Source of the DNA: Eledone cirrhosa
Taxonomy: Eukaryota
Assembly (NCBI GenBank): GCA_964016885.1
Contig: OZ024753.1
Coordinates: 7,502,001 to 7,566,000, forward strand
Reading direction: 5' to 3'
Length of the DNA stretch: 64,000 nucleotides
Shown: positions 56,193-64,000 of the stretch, piece after piece
Numbering within the stretch: the first letter of the stretch is position 1
Layout: every line of letters begins with the position of its first letter
Position numbers and translations under genes: made by a program
The notes under the pieces: generated by a model
What the model was told of the DNA's origin: nothing
What the model saw: the letters and a program-made list of their open reading frames with translations, nothing else
Databases searched by the model: none

Positions 56193-57149
56193 AAGATATA
56201 GATATATAGATATAGATATATAAATATAATACACATATGTTGCTTTTTCTTCTCACTCTTTATCCTTCTATTCCATCTTCTATACTACAGTCTATCTTCC
56301 GATGAAGGACTTTTGTGTGAAACGTTAAGAGTCTTTTCCTATCATTTCAAGCGTTAAACGAATATAGTTTCTCATTGCGCTGTGTCGTTTGCCTTGTTAT
56401 TTCTGTTTACTTTTTAACGCACGCGCGCACACTTTTTTCTTAATTCGACAGAATAAATATTATTTTTATAATTGTTACATGAATATTTTTCAGATATTAT
56501 TGGTTTCGAATGTTTTGTCAATTTTATCAAATAAAAAAGATTGCCCTCATATTCTGTGGGCATTTAAAACGCGTATTTTCTCTCAAAATCTCTTTTTATC
56601 TATATATTCATTATGAAATTAGGGGTGGTGAACGTCGAAGTGTAATTCGAGGGGTCAGGATTAAATTGATTTACTATGAAATGCTAGTAAATCAATTTGT
56701 TCTTAATTGAAAATGGTTAATTTAGATTAAATTAAACAAGCGGTATGTATTTTATATGTATGGTTTTTTTTTTATTTTACAAATGGGATAGTTTTGTCCC
56801 GACTGTTATAATGTAGGACTACATTATTTCAGTCGTATCTCTACTGCTCGGTATGTTTCGCAATTAAAAGAAGAACAATCAATACTTATTGCTAAATTAT
56901 GATAAATATTGGAAAATGAATATTTAGTAATCTATATGTTCTTACGGTATTGAAAAGAATTAAGTGGGATGTAGAAACCAGGGTAGACGTTTTAAAACTG
57001 AACGAGCGACACAAATGTTTGCGGGTATAAGAAACTAATAAAATGTAACAACAAACAGAAGTAAAAAATGAAATTTAGAAAACGATTCTACAAAAGATAC
57101 AAACTAATATTAAAAAGATTGAACCCAATGCCAGAAATAAGACAATAGG

Positions 57150-57600
57150 TATAAATACACTAGTAATCTTCCTTGTAAACTAGAGCTTCTAATTGGAAAG
57201 TAAGATGAACTGAAGAGCCTAGATAGGAAAAAATCAGACACATAAACAGAAAACTACTTCATTCAAAATCAGTATCCTGAACTTGATATAGATAATATAT
57301 AGCTATCATGTGGATAGAGAGGAGGTTGATACAAATAGCGAACTATTAGAAAGTAACCACACTGGTACTAGATATATACTTAAACACCAACAAAGGTACA
57401 ATCATTAGCGTACAATATAAAAATAGGAAACAAAAAAACTTCCTTCTATATTTGAAGAAGCAATAAATTATAAACTAGAAGCTAACTACAATGATGATAA
57501 AGGTTTAGATAAGGACAAAGCAACAGAAAAGATAAAAATCATCTCAGAAGTTCAATAATACTCGAGATAAAAATAGAGAAAAAACATCTCTCCATAATCA
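57150..57600 (+). pseudogene. Highly decayed LINE AP-endonuclease N-terminus
   Basis: Fragments LIGK*DELKSL, TENYF, ELDIDN and YHVDR, in the order expected for the APE motifs NxxSL..K.DEL / TETW / I.NY / R.DR. Confidence 0.45.
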
Positions 57601-58150
57601 ATATTCCGCAAAACTGAATATATTTTGTTTTTTAGTAAGTATTGCAGGATTGTTAGTAATATAAATATATGATGTATATTTTTAGGTTAACTCTTAATTT
57701 AATTCATTTTTCTAAAGGATTAATACATTGTATTTTCTATAGCGCTGACAAGGTTTTTTGTGGATATCTTTACTATGTTTAAGTATATTGCTTTAGGAAT
57801 TATAAATATTAATTTAATACAAATGAAGATTATAAAAAAGGGGGTATAAGAATTACTTAGTTTTTAAGAAGTTCGCTTCGTAATCATAAGATCTCGCTTC
57901 CAATCCCACTGCTGCGTACTTTAGGTAATTGTAAATTACCATAACTTTAAGTAAACCCACATCTTGTCAGTGAAATAGAGTTGAAGGAAACTGCAGAATG
58001 ACTCATGAATTTTATATGTAAATCAAATGTCCGACTTTGTCGCCTTATCATTTTCCCACTTTATCAAATTGTGTTATGTTGATTCAGTGGTTTGGGAATT
58101 AGGCAAAAAGTAGACTTGGAGAATGTTCAGCTACTTGCGCGTTAATTTAA

Positions 58151-58352
58151 CCCTTTAGCATTTATATTACTCTATATTTACTATTGTATTTTCATGTAAT
58201 ATTTTCATATAATATCGAATCTATGAGACTTTGATATCATTTATTTAAAGAACAATACCTTCACATCAGTATAAGCAGCTGGTTATGGCCGGTTTGAACA
58301 GAAAGAGGTCAGAGAAATCTGGTCGGATATGGCCGGTTTAAATGCTAAAGGG
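58151..58352. mobile_element. piggyBac-type MITE
   Basis: 14 bp TIR CCCTTTAGCATTTA/TAAATGCTAAAGGG, flanked by TTAA and TCAA. Confidence 0.8.
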
Positions 58353-58726
58353 TCAAGGATTCACCTTCCATATTCCGGTTCCCACCCCTTTTTGCTGGCA
58401 ACACGCATTCGTTGAAGACTTTCGATTCCAAAGATAAATATATTTTTGACGCAACATATATTCTACAACTTATAAAACAATTCCATCCCTCCATTATTCT
58501 TGTTTCAACTCATTTTCTCTATCTGACATGATAACCATCTGCTTTATGTATTTATAATTATCTCCTTAGTCAGTCTTCTATCCTTATCTTTTCCTGTGTG
58601 TCGCAGTTTGAAATAAATCTGGTATTTCCCTGGTATAACTTTAACCCTGCCTTTGTTTTCTTACTTACCATGTTTATTTGGTCTTTTTAATTCCCTAACT
58701 ACATGTGTGGTGATTATATGGTACGT

Positions 58727-58932
58727 CAGACATGCAAGCTTGTAAAGGGCCGCATGCGGCCCTTTACAAGCACACCTGCGGCCCGCACAAAGATTTTTAC
58801 AACGTGAGCGTAATATAAGATTTTAAAAAATATTAGTTGTAATGTGAGCAATTAGTTGTCATGTGTGGCCCTCAGACAACACATATGTGACCCATGTGGC
58901 CCCCTCGGGGGAGCTTCAGTTTGACATGCCTG
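58727..58932. mobile_element. hAT (Charlie/Buster-type) MITE
   Basis: Ends CAGACATG... / AGTTTGACATGCCTG; subterminal GGGCCGCATGCGGCCC; 8 bp TSD tggTAcgt/ttgTAcgt. Confidence 0.85.
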
Positions 58933-59305
58933 TTGTACGTCTTCTCCATTTAACATTATTCCGCTTTGCAAAATGGCGGATTAGCAGAGCCATTAGAGCG
59001 ACCGACGAATCCATAGCAATATTTGCTCCGGCTCCAACGTCCTGGCTTCTAATGCCACCGAGGGTAACATTATTTTGTTGACCCAGGACGGATGAAAAGC
59101 AAAGTTCACGTTAGGTCGATATAATCGATTTCTCCGTCCCCCAAATTGCTGGCCTTGTGCTAAAATTCAGAAATCCTACATAACAAAGTCCTGTGGAACG
59201 ATGAGATTAAGATCACAACTGACACACCATCACTCAGTAGAAAACCAGTAATAACAATGATGACCTCCGTATATTACAGGTACTTGTAGGATATTATTGC
59301 TATTT

Positions 59306-59797
59306 TGGATTGGCAGTATCGGTAGAGGGTCGGGCGCCATGCTATGAAGCATAGAGTTACCTCCCTTTATGATCTGAGTTCAAATCCCGCCGAGGTTGAC
59401 TTTGCCTTTCATCCTTAAGGGTCGATACAATAAAGTACCAGTAATGCACTGGGATAATTGCTGGCCTTGTGCCTAAAGTAGACACAATTATTGCTATTTA
59501 TTGTTGACTTTGCCTTTCATCCTTACGGGGTCGATAAAATAAAGTACCAGTAATGCACTGGGTAATTGCTGGCCTTGTGCCGAAAGTAGAAACAATTATA
59601 TTAACCCAGAGTGTTGAATTGGCAGTATTGGTAGAGGGTCGGACATGCTTTCCAGCGTAGTTACGTCCCTTTACGATCTGAGTTCAAATCCCGCAGAGGT
59701 TGACTTTGTCTTTCATCCTTACGGGGTCGATATAATAAAGTACCAGTTATACACTGGGTAATTGCTGGCCTTGTGCCCAAAGTAGAAACAATTATAT
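59306..59797 (+). mobile_element. Three tandem S1 SINEs
   Basis: Copies at about 59306, 59502 and 59615. Confidence 0.9.
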
Positions 59798-59885
59798 TAA
59801 CCCAGTAAGGATTAAAAATATAGCGGGACCCAATGTGGTTTGAATTCAGAACTGTATAAGTGGAACCCGATGAGGTCTGAAAAGA

Positions 59886-60488
59886 GACCGGTTTGAGTGG
59901 GACCCAACGAAGTCTTAACACAGACCGGTTTGAGTGGGACCCAACGAAGTCTGAACACAGAACGGTTTGAGTGGGACCCAACGAAGTCTGAACATAGACC
60001 GGTTTGAGTGGGACGCAACGAAGTCTGAACACAGACCGGTTTGAGTGGGACCCAACGAAGTCTGAACATAGACCGGTTTGAGTGGGACCCAACGAAGTCT
60101 GAACACAGACCGGTTTGAGTGGGACCCAACGAAGTCTGAACATAGACCGGTTTGAGTGGGACCCAACGAAGTCTGAACATAGACCGGTTTGAGTGGGACC
60201 CAACGAAGTCTGAACATAGACCGGTTTGAGTGGGACCCAACGAAGTCTGAACATAGACCGGTTTGAGTGGGACCCAACGAAGTCTGAACACAGACCGGTT
60301 TGAGTGGGACCCAACGAAGTCTGAACACAGACCGGTTTGAGTGGGACCCAACGAAGTCTTAACACAGAACGGTTTGAGTGGGACCCAACGAAGTCTGAAC
60401 ATAGACCGGTTTGAGTGGGACCCAACGAAGTCTTAACACAGACCGGTTTGAGTGGGACCCAACGAAGTCTTAACACAGACCGGTTTGA
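59886..60488. repeat. 37 bp minisatellite, 16 copies
   Basis: GACCGGTTTGAGTGGGACCCAACGAAGTCTGAACA(C/T)A; two diverged proto-units at 59820-59885. Confidence 0.97.
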
Positions 60489-60547
60489 GATACTGGAGGG
60501 AATTTTACTACATTTTGTAGAGTAGCGGTTGTATGATTGGTTGATTT

Positions 60548-61131
60548 GACTAAACGTTATGGACTTTAGACTGTGTATAGACTTTTCACAGTTATGACTA
60601 AACGTTATGGACTTTAGACTGTGTATAGACTTTTCACAGTTATGACTAAACGTTATGGACTTTAGACTGTGTATAGACTTTTCACAGTTATAACTAAACG
60701 TTATGGACTTTAGACTGTGTATAGACTTTTCACAGTTATAACTAAACGTTATGGACTTTAGACTGTGTATAGACTTTTCACAGTTATAACTAAACGTTAT
60801 GGACTTTAGACTGTGTATAGACTTTTCACAGTTATAACTAAACGTTATGGACTTTAGACTGTGTATAGACTTTTCACAGTTATAACTAAACGTTATGGAC
60901 TTTAGACTGTGTATAGACTTTTCACAGTTATAACTAAACGTTATGGACTTTAGACTGTGTATAGACTTTTCACAGTTATAACTAAACGTTATGGACTTTA
61001 GACTGTGTATAGACTTTTCACAGTTATAACTAAACGTTATGGACTTTAGACTGTGTATAGACTTTTCACAGTTATGACTAAACGTTATGGACTTTAGACT
61101 GTGTATAGACTTTTCACAGTTATAACTAAAC
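60548..61131. repeat. 48 bp minisatellite, 12 copies
   Basis: CTAAACGTTATGGACTTTAGACTGTGTATAGACTTTTCACAGTTAT(A/G)A; one variable site. Confidence 0.97.
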
Positions 61132-61335
61132 TGAGTTATTTTGAAAATATCAAATGCTGTAGGAAATATTCCTTGTCATACAAAATATACATTAAATCAC
61201 CTGGAGCATTTGAAATAATTGAAAATGAACGAATCGACTCGACATTCTACTCACAGTAATTGTATTGGTTACATTTTTAGATTTTCTTGTTGTTTTGTGT
61301 TTTGTAATTGTCTGTATGTTTATTTTTTGGTGTTG

Positions 61336-61448
<113 letters not shown>

Positions 61449-61464
61449 TGGATATATATATATG

Positions 61465-61495
<31 letters not shown>

Positions 61496-61572
61496 GTGTG
61501 TATATATATGTATATTTATATATGTGTATATATATATATATAGATATATATGTGTATATATATATGTGTGTG

Positions 61573-61605
<33 letters not shown>

Positions 61606-61769
61606 TTGTTTGATTTTTTGTGGGGGGGGGGTATATTTACTATTCCATGTAGAATTCAAATGATTTGAAACCAAAAATACAACTGTTATTTTAAAAAAAA
61701 TCTATTATACATGTTATTAAAAAAGACGTTTTTTTAAAAACCAACAATCAGGCTATATATATACACAGA

Positions 61770-62104
61770 CGAATATATACATACACATAAATACTCATAC
61801 ACATTCACACACACAAATACTCACGCACACACATACACAGATTCGCGCATACACATACACATACATACAGACATACACCTACATACATACACACATAAAT
61901 GTAAATATATACCCACACATACACATATATATATACACACACACATACACTCACACACACGTATACAGAATCACGCATACACATACATAGAATCGCACAT
62001 ACACATACATACATATACAGACAGGCATACACATAGACACATAAATATAAATATATACATACACATACATAAATAAATACAGACACATACACACACACGC
62101 ATAC

Positions 62105-62135
<31 letters not shown>

Positions 62136-62473
62136 CAGACATACACATACACACATAAATATAAATATATACTCACACACACACATACACACATTAATAT
62201 AAATATATACTCACATACCCACATAAATATAAATATATACTCACACACACACATACCCACATAAATATAAATATATACTCATACATACACACATAAATAT
62301 AAATACATACTCACACACACATACCCACATAAATATAAATATATACTCACACACACACATAAATATAAATACATACTCACACACACATACCCACATAAAT
62401 ATAAATATATACTCACACACACATATACACACATAAATATAAATATATACCCCCACACATACACCCATACCCA

Positions 62474-62528
<55 letters not shown>
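61770..62528. repeat. Degenerate CA/TA compound minisatellite
   Basis: Recurring cacataaatataaatatatactcacac. Confidence 0.9.
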
Positions 62529-62923
62529 CTATCAACGGGAAGAATACGTTGAAAGGAAGTTAATAGCAATTGGCAATAGATTCAGCGATTCAGTTAAAAA
62601 TCGTAGAAAATATGAACATTAATCAATAATGGTAAAGGAAAGAGCTGGGTGGAAGAATCGGGAGAGAAATACAGACGAAAGCTAGAATGTCTTGCGACAG
62701 TTTAACGTCTCTTTGCGTAAGGCATCGAAGTCAAGGTTACTTTCCATCCTGCCACAGTCAATAAAATAAGTATTACTCAACTCAAGTAGTTGAATCCATT
62801 AAAGAGACTATACCCGCTTTTTACTGTGAAATATGTTGTGAGACTGTAATAGATACCAGTATATTGTGGTTGCAAATGTCAGCTAAATCACCGAGCTATT
62901 CTTTAAGGCCGCTTACCACACAG

Positions 62924-62986
<63 letters not shown>

Positions 62987-63032
62987 GAAAGTAAAACAAA
63001 AGAAGCCTTCAATACATCAAAAGTCTTTATTA

Positions 63033-63067
63033 GCCAACAATGTTTCGTCCTATTAAGGACTCATCAT
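63033..63067 (-). ncRNA. 5'-truncated hammerhead, family K
   Basis: TGATGA-GTCC-ttaata-GGAC-GAAAC-att-GTT-GGC followed by AATAAA. Confidence 0.6.
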
Positions 63068-63218
63068 TTCTATAATACGTAGAGGGTGTTTAACTCCAAC
63101 ACGCTCCAGTATTTTAATCCTTATATATATATATATATATATAGATATATAGATATAGATATGTTGATTTAAAACTGCACTATCCACAAGTGTTTTTAAC
63201 CTTCATATCATGTCTTCC

Positions 63219-63289
63219 TATTTTATCTGATGAAAACACAAATGTTATTGCATGATGATATTTGTTTTTGAAATGCGCATAATAAAATA
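63219..63289 (+). ncRNA. Type I hammerhead ribozyme, intact
   Basis: 8 bp stem I TATTTTAT/ATAAAATA; CTGATGA; long AU-rich stem II; GAA; palindromic stem III ATGCGCAT; predicted cleavage after AUA at 63281. Confidence 0.8.
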
Positions 63290-63317
63290 CATGGAACTCA
63301 TTTAACCATCTTTTGAT

Positions 63318-63370
<53 letters not shown>

Positions 63371-63749
63371 TTTGGTATGCTTATATACTTGTTTTCTTCT
63401 AACTTTGATTTTATACCTAATTGTGTATGGTTGACGATATATTTAATTGATCTCCACGTGCTATTAGAAATGGTGGGTAAATATTCCATAGCTGTTGATC
63501 ACGGATAGATAGCTGTCGTTTATTTATGTATTATTTCTTCATAGGTGTCTTTTAATCTTATAGCCTTGTATAATTATTTTTTTTTATGGTTGATTATGCT
63601 GATTGGGAGAGGAAATAATGTATATATTTTATCAAATGATTCTATGGACGTACTTTATTGTATATATATATATATATATATAGTGGTAGAACACTGGAAG
63701 GTAATATCCGTAGTGGTAGAGCACTCAGTCCATGGGACGAGTTAGGTAG

Positions 63750-64000
<251 letters not shown>

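Noticed and set aside
59886-61131. CRISPR array or tandem-repeat protein (ORFs 59661-60476)
   Set aside because: Units are contiguous with no spacers, there are no cas genes, and the context is eukaryotic; the 37 bp period is not a multiple of 3 and the ORF runs into a SINE

Overview
Repeat-saturated animal genomic DNA. It is most likely an octopus or other coleoid cephalopod, inferred from the SINE families and the extreme (TA)n/(CA)n/(GA)n/trinucleotide load. Nearly all ORFs in the track are translated microsatellites. Real coding signal is limited to a likely signal-peptide exon (7288-7375, +), two weak micro-exon candidates, and LINE remnants (RTE, R4/Dong-like, CRE-like, APE). There are about 30 copies of one tRNA-SINE family, several CORE-like SINEs, and hAT, piggyBac and mariner MITEs. 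The most striking feature is that the short unique islands inside (TA)n tracts belong to several unrelated families of 50-900 bp elements. These carry type I hammerhead ribozyme (HHR) motifs (more than 20, several with an intact core and paired stems), and most are foldbacks made of two 5'-truncated arms joined head to head at or near the ribozyme. In one copy the inverted arm begins at the predicted self-cleavage site. This fits (TA)n-targeting Penelope-like (PLE) or retrozyme-type retroelements, including a ~270 nt non-coding unit with conserved ends and a covarying ribozyme. All calls were made by eye; boundaries are approximate.
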